Notes under the pieces: generated by a model
Databases searched by the model: none
Told to the model about the DNA's origin: nothing
What the model saw: only the letters and a program-made list of their open reading frames with translations
In this document: piece after piece, positions 11,443 through 23,715 of the stretch
How the letters are laid out: each line of letters begins with the position of its first letter
How positions within the stretch are numbered: the stretch's first letter is position 1
Position numbers and translations under genes: made by a program
DNA from: Penicillus capitatus
Lineage: Eukaryota > Plantae > Chlorophyta
Direction: 5' to 3'
Length of the DNA: 64,000 bases
NCBI GenBank assembly: GCA_965649825.1
Contig: OZ287697.1
Span: forward strand, 124,001-188,000

Positions 11443-12971
11443 TCACCCAACAAACAGTCATTCGAACAATCCACCATAACACCAAAATTCTTTAAAGCAG
11501 AGTAGCCAAGAATCACCTTGTCGGTGGCATCCGTCACATAGTACGGAATAGCCTTGTTCCAGCCCCCAATTCTAGTGGGCAAAGTAACCTCTCCTGTTAC
11601 CTGACTGACTGTGTTGTTGAATCCTCGCAGGCGGGTGTTTTCGAGACGCTTGACCTTTACCCCCCAACGCTGACAATAACTCAGAGGCAGAAGAGAGACT
11701 TCAGCTCCCGTATCCACCAGAGCTTGTTCCTTGTCAGGACGATTTGCAAGGTACATCGCCACCTTTAGAGAAGAATGAGACCGAACAGGATTAACGCGAG
11801 CTGTTTGTTCGACTCTGGGATAATCGATGAACTTGATACTTCCATCCTTCACCGTCCTCTGAGAGTGATTCGGGTTCTTCCGTCCTTTGTCCTGTGGGCG
11901 ATGGTCTTTGATTTGCGCGGCCACATCTTGTTCTTTTGGACCAATTTCAGTAGTCTTCAATCCCACAGAAAGCACTGAAGAGACTTCCTCGCTCTTCTCC
12001 TCGTCAAAAGACGCCAGTGCTTCGAATCGATTGTCCGTGGATACCGGTTGGGCCTCCCGAACCTGGGGATAGCGGTTCCGGCAGAACTTAGCAGAATGTC
12101 CAAATTGTCCACATTGGTAACAATTGCCTTGAAACTGGTTTCTTCCCGGTGGCCTTCTGGTTACTGCCCGTCGCGCCCCACGTTGTTGTCCTTGTGCGCC
12201 ATGGTGGCGCCACTGCCCTAAAATTTCCTCCATGATGCTTGCAAAACGCGGGTTCTTCGCGAGCTCCGCCCTCATTGAATCGCATAGCTCCCTAAGGGGC
12301 AGACCCCTTCCTATGGCATTAACGTTCGCGGAGCTTTCGCCACATTCTACGTCCAGAGCATCGACATCCATCGCGTCTTTGTCAATTTCCGAAGCGGGAG
12401 CTGACCCCATCCAAAACGTCACATTCTTTATCATTAACACCATCTCGGGCATTGTGGTGGTCGTGGGCAAACTCGAAATTGCCCTTCTCAACTGTGCCGG
12501 AAGCTTCTTGAAAAACGTTTTTATCTGCATTTCCCGAGGGAGTCCAGATTGAGCTGCCAAAATGCTGAACCGTTCAGCAAATTGTAGCCATGACTCGTCC
12601 TTTCTCTTCGAGGCTCCAGCTAGTCTCTCTCCAGACGTGGCGCCTGCATTCGAGCACAGGTTAAGGAGTCCCATCTTGAAAACTTTCCATTTTTCCGCGT
12701 CTCCAACCGCAGCCTTGTCCGCGGCGAAACAGTTCATGATTGCGGCCGCTCTTCCGACAAACGCGGCATTGAACATGTCCTTGTCGGCGAAATGGGGTTC
12801 TATGCGGTCAACAACCTGCCGCATCAATTCGAACAGAGGCGACCCGACCTCCACCCTTTCCATAACCTTTCCAACCCTAGCCCTGTAACCGTCTGCCACC
12901 ATGGCAGCGGCGTTAAGAGCCGTCTCCACATCTCCACGGTCCGTCGTCAGAAAACAACGCTCCGAAACCAT
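11400..12971 (-). CDS. gag: Gag-protease ORF
   Basis: CCHC knuckle CYQCGQFGHSAKFC and aspartic protease ALVDTGAEVSLL...VILGYSAL, ending in TAG. Confidence 0.92.
   Translation of the reverse strand: MVSERCFLTTDRGDVETALNAAAMVADGYRARVGKVMERVEVGSPLFELMRQVVDRIEPHFADKDMFNAAFVGRAAAIMNCFAADKAAVGDAEKWKVFKMGLLNLCSNAGATSGERLAGASKRKDESWLQFAERFSILAAQSGLPREMQIKTFFKKLPAQLRRAISSLPTTTTMPEMVLMIKNVTFWMGSAPASEIDKDAMDVDALDVECGESSANVNAIGRGLPLRELCDSMRAELAKNPRFASIMEEILGQWRHHGAQGQQRGARRAVTRRPPGRNQFQGNCYQCGQFGHSAKFCRNRYPQVREAQPVSTDNRFEALASFDEEKSEEVSSVLSVGLKTTEIGPKEQDVAAQIKDHRPQDKGRKNPNHSQRTVKDGSIKFIDYPRVEQTARVNPVRSHSSLKVAMYLANRPDKEQALVDTGAEVSLLPLSYCQRWGVKVKRLENTRLRGFNNTVSQVTGEVTLPTRIGGWNKAIPYYVTDATDKVILGYSALKNFGVMVDCSNDCLLGEDGHVVFCRSVSSN
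12959..12970 (-). promoter_or_regulatory. Primer-binding site TGGTTTCGGAGC
   Basis: Lies immediately inside the 5' LTR, begins TGG, and has 2 mismatches to the classic tRNA-iMet PBS TGGTATCAGAGC. Confidence 0.8.
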
Positions 12972-13129
12972 GTCAAGTTTTGCTTTGTAATTGATTGCGT
13001 CGGAAACAGAAACCTTGTTACAAAGAACGTAAACAAGAAGTTATTAGATAAACGCGCCTGTCCATTTTATGCATGTGATGTGACAGCGATTATGGTTCAA
13101 TCTTGGCTCAGTAGAATCTTCTCGCGACA
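12971..13129 (-). repeat. 5' LTR of the gypsy element
   Basis: Identical to 8338-8496. Confidence 0.97.
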
Positions 13130-15702
13130 GTTGACGTCGCGCTTTCTGTACAGAAGATGGAAATACGACCTGCACAAGATACCTTGTCCTCCAGGACTGC
13201 CAATCTTAGGCCATACGCTTTCGTTGACGCGGGGCGAGGGACTGAGAGATTCTGCAAAATGGGTGGGGAATGCACTGAAGAGATTTGACTACCCGAAGTT
13301 GATGCGGGTGAGCGATTCCTATATCTTCGTCGCCTTTGGAGAAAACGGTCTAGCTGAACATCATGGGCACGTCGGAACTCATCGTGACGGACGACGCCTT
13401 CGTCAAGACGGTGATCCTTTCCTCACAGAATCCGTTCCCGACAGCAGCAAACGGACATTTCGTACTGCCGGTAAGTAAGCAGATATCCAAAAACTGTCTC
13501 CTATTATCGACTGTTTAGACGATTGGAGACGATGTACAAGCAAAGAGCCTTATGTTGAACGCCAAAGTTACACCATATGTGAAGGCGGTTTGAAGGATCT
13601 ACACAGAAGCCGTGCAGTCGTCGAGTCTTAAGGCAGCAATGCCCAGACTTCAGAACGTCATGCGGAGAATGCTTTCAGTTGTCGAGTCCAAAAGAAAAGA
13701 TCGTCCGGTCGAACTTCAGAAGCTGTTCCTAAGTATGACGATGGATGGAATCGGTGCACTGGCTTTCGATGTCAACATGGGCAGTCTGGATGACAGCAGC
13801 GAGTTCCTGAATCTGCTCAGGGCTGCAGCATACATCGGAAGGCAGAGGTTCTCGAATCCCCTGGGCGAAATCTACTGTCGAATCTTCCCGAACTCATCGA
13901 CGGCTCAGCAACGGCGCGAGACCATAGAGAATCTGAATCGCAAGTGGAAGGAACTGACAGACGACATCTTGCAGAGAGAGGCACCGACCACAGGAGAGAA
14001 CCCCGTCTGGTATGGACTGAAGCGTCTGGTGGATCCCGAAACGAAGAAATCCATTCCCTACAACAGACTTCTCTCAGAAGTCGCCACCGTCGTGTTCGCT
14101 GGGACAGAGACAGCTGGACAACAGCTGGCGTGGGTTATGGCTCTCATCGCATCCCGGCCGGACGTGGCGGAGAAGATTGTCAAAGAGATTAATAATCATG
14201 GGCTCTATGGCGAAAACACACGAGAACTGCAGTTTGAAGACTTGGCCAATCTGACTTACCTGACAGCTGTCATTAAAGAAGGAATGAGAGTGGTCTGGGT
14301 GGCTGCAGCCACCTTTCCTCTCATCCTTCCGGAGGATATGACGATTCTGGGATACAGAGTGCCAAAAGGCACTCAGATCACACGCTTTGGACACAGAGCA
14401 TTTCAGGTCGATACCGACTGGAACGATCCAGATTCATTTGACCCGGAAGGAGAGTTCGCAGACGATGATCTTCGCAACAGGTGCAATGTCATGTTCTCAT
14501 CAGGTCCGAGAGATTGTGTCGGCCAGAAACTGGCCATGCTCGAAATGCGCCTTGCCGTCATCTCTCTCTCTTACAGAAGTATAGACTCTCGCTGGTCGGC
14601 ACCATTCAAGATTTGATGGACAACGTTGTTATGAGTGCGGCTGTTGAAGTGGAGGGCGGCATGTGGATTAGCGTCGTGCAAAGGCAGAATCCTTGAGTCT
14701 TCCAATAGCTCTTCATCAATATTGTTTCATTGATTGAGAAAGAGTATTGATTTTCGGATAGAAATGCTCAACACGCAAAACACATTGTCATGAAGTTGAA
14801 GCGCAGGAAGGGAAGAACGTCGCATCGTTACAAGAAGCATGACGAATCATGACTTTATGCTGAGGGAACATGATAAAAGGGGGTTTTTGGAAACATACAT
14901 TCTTTTCAAAGAAAAGAAACTCTTCATCTCAAACATATGTGTGTTAACATGTTATCAATTTTTCCTTTCTACAAGACTCGCGACTCGTTTGGCGAACGCC
15001 GATGTCGGGATGCGACGAACGCATGTCCATCATCGATCCTCATCGGTCTTCGACGACAAGGACAATTCTCTAGATGCCAACACAGCATCTACTGTGAGTT
15101 CAGTTGGAGACGTCGGGCGCCGAGACGGTGAGCGAAGAGACAGGATGGTTGAAGAACAGTCCGATTAATTGCCTCCATTGAGATCGTCACGCAGAGCGAC
15201 ATGACGTTCTGGACCGAAAGCGAATGCTGGACTGATCGCAGTACCCAGTCAGGTAAACCTTTGGTGTATATCATCGCAATCGTCTCGTTTGTATTTGCAA
15301 TGACTAAGCGAGGTGTTCTGGGTCGCCGAAGCCAGCCGTCTTAAATCTAATGAATTTAAATGCAAGACTTCTAGTAGTCCGTGCTAACAAGAATGCGTTC
15401 AGAATTGTTTTTAGCGTGTTTGATGAGCAAAAAGGTGACAGTGACTATCATCTAAGTCAATCTTCAAATGCTTCCTTCCACCATAAACTAGTCTACATGA
15501 TCGCACCAAAAATTGAAATGAACATTTGCCTGTGCATCAAGTTAACATTGATTAAAGCGATCACTTTAGCTTCCGTCCATTAGATCCCAAATCTAGTTAA
15601 ACAATGGAATTTAGCTTTGCGGCAATGTGTGTGTTAGGCAGTGAGTGTGTAGTGATGGTAAGCAATGACAACGCCCGTGATGCCATCCATCAATCGGCAG
15701 CG

Positions 15703-16556
15703 TCAGAGACCGAAGCCTTCGCAGTAGTTCCAGCATGAATCGAATGCCTTTGCAGCTAAGTCTTGCACAGCTGCGATGAACTCGGCCTCTGTACTCACGG
15801 AGGGCGTATCTGGTGTCCTGCAAATACCATCGTCAGTATTGAGCTTCGCATACACGCTCTTCGCAGCGTCAATCACTGCCACGATGTTCTGTTCGCAAAT
15901 GGAATCGCCAAACGTATTCACTCTCTCGGCAACATCCCGAATAGCTTGGCCGACGAGGCACGAGACTTCGACCGTATTCTGTTTGATCGAACCACAGTAT
16001 ACACCAATGGTGCCCGGAGGACAAACGACCACCAAATTTCCGAGTGTGCTCGTAACGGCTTTGCAAAAGCACTCCGCGTCTTTCATGACGTTAACGTTGC
16101 GGCACTCCGTCTGAGACGGTTGTTGCTTCGTCCTGAAGCACGCATCAGTTGTTTTTGGGAAATCCTGGGCAAAACAGCGTCAGAGATTCACGTTGTTTAC
16201 GTCGGGTTTACACTCGGAGCATAGGACATCGTCGCCGTGCAATTATTGACGCCCTTCTCTATGCTAGACATGCTGCCATAACTTGTCAGCGGAGCTGGCT
16301 CGCCTGCAATGAGATATATGCCCTTGCCTCCACCATTGCTACTAGCGGTAATTCCCCCGTCCTTGTAGATAGTCTTCATATTGTCTGACACTCCGGGTTG
16401 GGCTCGTCGAGCAGCTTTCACGATTTCCAGAGAACACCTTTCCTCATATTGTGCTAAAAACAAACTGCCGTCTCACATATGACACCAGCAAGAATTACCG
16501 TCCGAGACGACGCTCAACAACGCGGTAAGAACAACCATAAGTGTGAGCTTCGACAT
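15703..16556 (-). CDS. Secreted Cys-rich protein of unknown family, copy 1 (3 exons)
   Basis: Signal peptide MSKLTLMVVLTALLSVVSDA|QYEERC. The 45- and 47-nt introns join in phase, and the C-terminus DAECFCKAV...DSCWNYCEGFGL is shared with the 31757-32676 paralog. Confidence 0.8.
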
Positions 16557-17613
16557 TCTAGGAATCCACAGACTAGCGAATTGGAGTGAAAGCTTTTGGC
16601 GAGATTGGAAACCCGACACGGAGAACGGCTTAAAATAGCGGTAAACGTCCAGCCGTTGGGAAGTTGTGCGAAGCTGGGCACGTGTCCAAGATACCCGTCG
16701 TCTCCGACAGTCACTTCATTCAGTGTCAGATCCGTTTATTCAATGCGAATTGCATCTGAAACCGCCACGTCGTTTCATTGCTCGCCGATTCAGAACTCAT
16801 GAAACGTAATCAAAGTCTGAATCTTGTGATGGCTAGATTAAAAAGCAAAACGACTGAGTTCCGACGCTGAATGACGCAGAGGATTCTTGAAAGAACGAAC
16901 TGTCTGGCGTAGGTATCTAGATAAGTTCGAGGCAAAGGTATCAGTAGACTTAACCGATTGCCAGCCTTGTTCTGAAAGAGCAGATCAATCATCCATAAAT
17001 CACATCACTGGTATGCTCAGTTATCTTTGTTCAGTATGGTAATTAAGTTACCTTTTTGTAGACCAGTAGCCACGATCCAGCAAGACAACGCATACTCTCC
17101 CACACAAGACGGTCGTCTTACGTTAAGGCCATACGCTGCGTCCACGCGTCCGTGTTCGATCGCCCAACTTGCAGATGGGAGGGCAACGGCGCATGCATCA
17201 CATCAATCAAAGTTCCGTGTCCTTTCAGGCTCGTCAATGAATTCAACATTTGTTGATCGATTTGCGCTTTCTTTGCGCAAAGTCTTCATGCAGCAAAGAG
17301 TGTCACCAGTCAAGAAACGCAGAAGAAACGATACAAGCCCCTGTGCTTGGCTCTCGTATTCACAACCGAAACGAACCGCCGCAAAGGAGACGGACGGACG
17401 CAGTCTCTTCGACGGTTCGCACATTGCGACTTCGCTGACCTCATCTGCCTTCAGAGAATGTGTCTAACGATTGTAGGAGATGGAGATAATGATGAGGTAT
17501 AAAGACAGCGGTCGACGTTTGGAATCCCATTCTGCCTTGTGAGCAAGAGTCTTGTTGTTTCGCTGCGAAGCCACTGCATCGTCCGTTTCGTCGGGTTATT
17601 CGACGCAAAAGCC

Positions 17614-19220
17614 ATGTGGACTGCCATCCTCTGTTCTCTGCTCGTCGCACTCGTGACGCGTATCTTCTGGCGCAGATGGAAATACGACCTCCACAAGGTA
17701 CCGAGTCCGCCTGGCTGGCCGATTCTGGGGCATACGCTCGACTTCGTCAACGGCGAAGCGCTCAGAAACATAGCCAAATGGACCGGACACGGTCTCAAGC
17801 ACCTCAACTACCCAAAGCTGATGAGGGTTTGATGCACGCTGTCCATGTCGACAGCTCAAAATTTCGCCGTAGGTTGACGTTTTGGGCAAATCTTTGGTGG
17901 TCGTCACAGACGACGAGTTCATACGAAACACTATGTTGTCCACCAAAGATCCCTTTCCGCGAGTCGCTGGAAAGAGGTCACCTGTGCTTCCGGTGAGCTA
18001 AATGCCAAACACGATGGGATCAAATGATTTTGTGCTTGCAGATGATAGGAAACAATCCAGAAGCAAAATCATTCTTTCTGCATGCTGAGCCGACGCCATA
18101 CGTCAAGGCCGTTCGCCGGATTTACTCCACAGCGTTTCAAACGAACAATTTAAAAGGGTCGATGCCGAAAATCCACAGCGTTATGGGAAAGATGATCTCC
18201 ATCGTCGAGTCTAGAAGAAAAGACGGACCGGTCGAGGTCCAGAAAATGCTCGTCTCTACGACGTTGGACATCATTGGTTCTATCGCATTCGAGATGAATC
18301 TGGGAAATTTGGACAATGATGGAGGAATGCTCGATATCATGTTGGAGACAGCAGCCGTCGCAAGAGAAGCTTTCAGCAATCCACTCAAGACTGTCTACTG
18401 TAAGCACTTTCCGAACTCAGAGGCGGCACGATACACAAGCTCGGTTTTCGAGAAGATGAACAACAAGTGGAAAGAGCTCACAGATGAGATACTGGCCAGA
18501 GACGACCCAGTCAACGGCGAAGAGCCCATCTGGTACGGACTGAAACACCTGAAAGATCCAGAAACAGAGAAGCGCATGGACTACGACGTCCTTCTGGCCG
18601 AAGTGGCGTCTGTAGTGATTTCCGGTACGGACTCCACTGGCCATCAACTAGCATGGATCATTGGTATCTTGGCAAGTCGTCCCGATATCGTTGAAAAGAT
18701 CGTGGACGAATTGAAGCAGTACGGTTTGTACGGAGACACTCAGAAAGAACTGCAGTTTGAAGACTTGTCGAACCTGACCTATCTCAATGCTGTCGTTAGG
18801 GAGGGTATAAGAGTAGCACACGTTTTCCCAGGAAACGCCGTTCGAAGTGTGCCAAGGGACATGAGTATTCTCGGATACAGAATCCCGAAGGGGACGACGA
18901 TTCTGCAAATTGGCAACCGCGCGTACCAAATCGACGCAGACTGGAACGATCCAGAAAGCTTCAAGCCAGAGAGGTGGCTCGATGACGATGCGATCTGCCG
19001 TTCACATAACCTGCAGTTCTCTACTGGCCCCAGAGATTGCCCCGGACAGAGACTTGCAATGCTGGAAATGCGAGTTGCTATTGCGACTATCCTTCAAAGA
19101 TATGAGATCTCCTTGGTCGGATCTTGTGCAGACATAATGAACAATACTGTGACGAGGCTTACCGTCGAAGCTGTGAAAGGGATCTGGATAAACTTTGCGC
19201 CTAGAAAGACTTCTGCTTAG
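17614..19220 (+). CDS. Cytochrome P450 (type B copy 1), intact, 3 exons
   Basis: N-terminal anchor plus PxPPGWP hinge, I-helix SGTDST, ExxR (EGIR), KPERW and heme motif FSTGPRDCPG. Confidence 0.95.
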
Positions 19221-20341
19221 CGCAGATGAGATTCTTATTCATGGTTCTATGTGACAGAGTCTTTTCCTATCTCGTTTTCTTGTTTGTGGGAACCGATTAT
19301 TTAACACCGAAGTAGTGTGAGGTCTGGCTATTCTTTACACCTGCAATGTATGTTATATGGACAGTCACTCTTCGTTGAGATTCCTTTGTAATGGCAGTGA
19401 AGGTTGATGTTAATGTATGCATCTCTCATAATCGTCTTGACGTCGTTTTGCCGTACGTTGTTGTCTTACTTATACCTCAACAAATGACGTCCATCACGGG
19501 CGTCGTGATGATACGGTGCGTACCTTTTTAGCCGGCTATCTCGTTCACGATGTCTCTTGCCCCGGCAGGGTGTCGTGAAGAGATGAATCCAAGTACTGGT
19601 GTACGCGTCGACAGCCAGCGTCGCCAGTGGCATGTGGACCGGCGTGAATCTAAGTGCAACAGGTCTGTTGGTTGCGAATGATGGAAACAAAGACTTGCCG
19701 GATGATGACAACGATGCAAGAGGAATGCAAGTCATTGATGTAATCGCGTCAAGGTCGTTTGGGAGTCCCAGAATAGCAAACAGCTCCTTACAATTCGTCA
19801 ATCGGAACTTCGTGATCAAACTGTGGAGGACTGACTCCGTGTCAATGAAGATGACAGAAGATGAGTAAGAAACAAATAAAAGATCGACATAACCGCGCTT
19901 CTTGTAGGATGTGTCCAGTCTGAGATCGTTCGATTGCCAGAAAAGCGAATCGCTCGTGATTGGAAGAAGTTAGGTTGTCGCGCTATGCAAAGAGTTCTCG
20001 GCCTTTGTGTGATTTGAAACTACAACGGCAGGAGGGATCGGAGATTTTGGGATTGATGTAAACAACTTCGAAAGCACAGAGTCGAACTCACATGCGACGA
20101 CGATGCAAACGAACGCTCAGACGATGTGAAACCCGACTGGCGTAGGGACCTAATGGGGGGTGAAAAGGAGACACGACTGTCGGCGATCAAATAAATGAGG
20201 GAAGCCGAACAGTCGGATCATCATTTTTCTGTTCTTTTACCTTTGTCCGACGTTCCCGATTGTAACGAATCGTTCTGGGCGTCGAAGCGCGTGCAAGCTC
20301 CGTTATGGGCCCGAGACGGCGTTTAACAGACGTTAGCACAA

Positions 20342-20570
20342 GAACTCGAGGATGTTTACAACAGGAATGTCAGTCTTAAGTACCCACGGTGGTTATGAAT
20401 TCCAAACCATAACATTCAACAGTCGAGAACTTCTAAGTTATCTTCAAAAACCATCGCCCTATTGTTATGAGGAAGTTGGCTCAAAGGTTAGCACCTGTCG
20501 CAGCCGATGGTCAGCGCGCCGAGGTGGTTACCATGACATTGAACCGCTTCCGACGGCTACGAACAACGGA
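20342..20570. repeat. ~230-bp non-coding segment duplicated at ~44840-45062
   Basis: Shared blocks such as ACAACAGGAATGTCA, AAACCATCGCCCTATTGTTAT and GAACCGCTTCCGACGGCTACGAACAA. Both copies lie downstream of type B P450s. Confidence 0.8.
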
Positions 20571-21686
20571 TTTTTTTCCGTTTGATTGGATTTACATCTC
20601 CCTTTGACAAGATCGGGAGAGCATCAACACATGACAAGATCAAATTCGTTGTGTTGCAACATCAGCGGCCCCATTTGCAGCCAGTAGTGCGCCAGTGAGA
20701 TGCAATTGATTCTACAAAGTCTGATAGAGCCATTGGGTGCGAGAAAGCGCATGCAACCGATAGCGAGGCATCGAGTTTTCGGGTGAAGAGTCTTCGGGCT
20801 TCAAACAGGCGGAGGTATTCAAGAAGTAGATGGTCCGGGTCTTCTGATTCCGAGCCGCAACCGCAGCGGGAGTCCCCTGCCCCTAGGCTAAATCTACGAA
20901 GATTTTTGGATTTTACATGGCGTCACTTAACAAGTATATGCCATGTCCCTCAGCAGAGAAGAAAGGGACAGCTATATATCTGTTCTCACTGCAAGAACTT
21001 CCCACAGCGCAAACTCTGCATAACCGTTGTGGGCTGAGCCGAGTGGAAAAAAGGGGGTCCATCCCGACTCGAGGTTAGAATAGCTCGGGGCCGTGCTTCG
21101 TCTGTCTTTGTCAATTCGTGCACTTCCAGCTCTCCGCAGCAAACACGTCGTCCACACTCCAGACCACAGCGCCAACCATGCACGCCTCGGATCTGACCGT
21201 TGCCCACCTTCTCGAGAACGCGCGGTCCACTTTCGTCAGTCGTAACCCAGAGAACCGTCGGAGAACCTCCGTCCAAAAGCGCCGCCACCGGCAAGGGCAA
21301 ACAGGAAGTCGACGACATTAACGAGCCATTAAAACCTCGGCTAAATTTATGAAGGTACCGGTTTAACGGGGAATGATTCGCCGCGAACCGACTCAAGCGG
21401 GATGACGGATCTCGGTCTAGGTGTTTCGCCGGGAAGTTGCCTCGGTTCTCCTGATCTTTTAAAAAAGGAGTTGTAAAAGCCCTTAAACAAAAAAAGTTGC
21501 CTCGGCTAAATTCTAGTAGATGTTGTGTGAGATGACTACTGGCTTCTCTATCTTGAATGTCCTTGAGGGAGCAGGTGTTAAGATATCGTGTAATTTTTTT
21601 TTCTGAACCAGATTCGAGCGGGGGTGGCCGTGTGGCGTCTTGTGTCCGTGTGCTGCTGCCATCTTCGCGCAGTTCTTCTCAACCAT

Positions 21687-21818
21687 TGTCAGTGGACAGC
21701 TGTCCACCTTCGTGCAGCTGTCCAAAGGATTATATAAATTCTTACAATTATTGTACAAACAGTCTTTGTAAGCCATACGCCTTCGTCGTCAACCCGTTGT
21801 CCGTCAACGAACACGACA
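21687..21818 (+). mobile_element. Solo LTR related to the TRIM LTR
   Basis: TGTCAGTGGACAGCTGTCCACCTTCGTGCAGCTG...GCCTTCGTCGTCAAC...GACA, flanked by CCAT on both sides. Confidence 0.8.
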
Positions 21819-21849
21819 CCATGAAGGGGCTGAGGCATGGGTTCCAATC

Positions 21850-22990
21850 CGTTTTGGTCCAGAACAGGTAAATGGCTTGAGTTCAGCCAGTCAAGCAGGA
21901 GACACTGGATTCTGACGTTGTCCGCTTGTACATTGTGCCATTTCAGTGCCGCGTGTTTCGTTCTAAGCGAGTCTACGCAAATGCCGAGTGTCTGCGGGTA
22001 CATGGGGGGCGCAGAACTCGTGAGGTCGAGGAGCGTTTCAATGCCATTGCAGAGACAGTGGAGAAACGACTCTGTAGCGTCTACCCAGTTTACCTCCCAC
22101 TAGGTTTCTCCTTGGCGAGCTTCTTTCTGAAGGAGGCCCCAGCTCGTTCCCAATCTTCCGGACTGGTAATCTTTGTGAGTGGCTACAGACAGTAGCCAAG
22201 ATGGCCTGTGCATGCCCGAGGTGAATGTCGAGCCTGATAAGCGGCCCAGCTGATGCGGCGGGATCGGTCTCCAAAGTATGGTCGATTGAGGGCTGATTGC
22301 CATGGGTCTGTGGTGAACCGAGCGCAGCCAGCGTGACCAGGCGTTTCTGCGAAGGCCCTGGCCTGAAGGAAGTTTTGGTCGTTCCGCAAACAGCCTGTCT
22401 CCAGTTTCTTTAGTTCTTCTTCGGAGGTCTAAGTAGAGCGTTTGTTGAATGATCTGCTGTGTAGGGGGCGGACTCCCGCGAGGGCATATGCCGTTGGATA
22501 CGATGAGGTCCGGAAGGAGCCGCTTAGAAGAAGGCAGGCTTGTCGGAGCGCTTTCTCCAGTAGGGCCAGTTTCTGTTTGTCGTAGGCTACCGGTTGCCAG
22601 ACCTCCGCGCCGTAGTATGCTGCCGGCTCGATCACTCTGCCGACCAGTTTCTCAATGGCTTCCGGGAGCAGACCCCAGAAGGGGCTTGCCATTCTGCGAA
22701 TGAGTGCCAGTCCGGAGAGGACTTTGCCTGCGGCACTCTGCACCTGTGGGATCCATGAAAAGGTTTTCGTCCAGCCAAATTCCAAGATAAAGCACAGCGT
22801 GCTTCTGGGGCAGCTGGTGTCCCTGAATGTAAAGCGTCCGGGGGTCGGTACGTCTTTTGTTGCGGGCGACTCGAATTTGTAGGCATTTCTCGGGGGCAAA
22901 GATGAGGCCACGTTCTTGAGCCCATTCTGGCATAATGTCGAGTGCTCTCTACGAACAACGAATTGGGCGCTACATATCTAACAGAGATAG
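21850..22990 (-). mobile_element. 5'-truncated, frameshifted LINE fragment (C-terminal RT region)
   Basis: WAQERGLIFAPEK...YLGIWLD...WGL...IEPAAYYGAEVW...LLSGSFRTS...AGVRPL, typical of the RT thumb region of I/R1/Tad-like LINEs, with stops and frameshifts. Confidence 0.85.
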
Positions 22991-23715
22991 AGTTGCCAAG
23001 TCAAGAAAGATAATTCTGAGCTGGAAGATGTACTGCGAGGAACTGATGTATTGCAAAGCTTGGGGTTGGGTTGTTCACGAGTAGTCTTGAACCGCGGTCG
23101 CCAATCAGAGAAGTGTTACTTTCCAGCCGAGGTGCTTGAGAGATTCGCCTCGATCGCCGTTTTGTCACTGTTTTTCGGCTTTCAACGCATGGCGAATACA
23201 CCTTTGTCTTCACGCCTGTTCTGCTAGTACGGGATTTCTTCACATCAGTAATGCATCGTCCACATTCTGTCGTGTCTGATAGTAGGGGTGGCTTTTGTTG
23301 CGGATCTGTTTTGCATGGAAAAGGGCTAAAGCTGTGAGGTGCGTGCGATACGAGGGCGAGTGATTGGAATATGCACTTCGTGATCAACGACACTGTATGA
23401 GTAACCGAGGTCCACGTTACTGGGTCAGAAGAGTGTGCGTATGCACTGGAAACTTGCCAGTTTCGAGTAAGGCGGTTGACTCAATTGATGTAAAGCGTTG
23501 CCTCACCGGCGACACAATCAAAAAGCTCTTGGTTCGTAAGAAGTCGCACTCTATGTGTCCAGGTGTGGTTAGTATAAAATCATTGAACGTCATTATTTGC
23601 AGATTGTGTCAGTTTTGGGATTTCCGTTTTGCTGTGTGAACAAGAGTCTTGTTTTCTGGTTGAGAGGCCGCATTGTCCACTTCGAGTTTCGACGTGGCAT
23701 TCGACGTGGAAAGCC

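Larger units (their letters stand above)
8338..13129 (-). mobile_element. Complete Ty3/gypsy LTR retrotransposon (4792 bp), very recent insertion
   Basis: Two identical 159-bp TG...CA LTRs, 5-bp TSD GTTGA (8333-8337 and 13130-13134), PBS, and gag-PR plus RT-RH-IN ORFs in gypsy order. No chromodomain seen. Confidence 0.97.
8298..14696 (+). pseudogene. Cytochrome P450 (type A copy 1), disrupted by the LTR element, a nonsense codon and a frameshift
   Basis: ATG 8298 MWVAILCSALAVL resumes at 13130 as TSRFLYRRWKYDLHK. TGA at ~13580 where paralogs have Arg. A 2-nt CT expansion at ~14565 shifts the frame after the FSSGPRDCVG heme motif. Confidence 0.92.

Noticed and set aside
19466-19868. ORFs on both strands duplicated at 42771-43104
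   Set aside because: By-eye comparison of the two copies showed no third-position enrichment in either open frame, so this looks like neutral duplicated flank.
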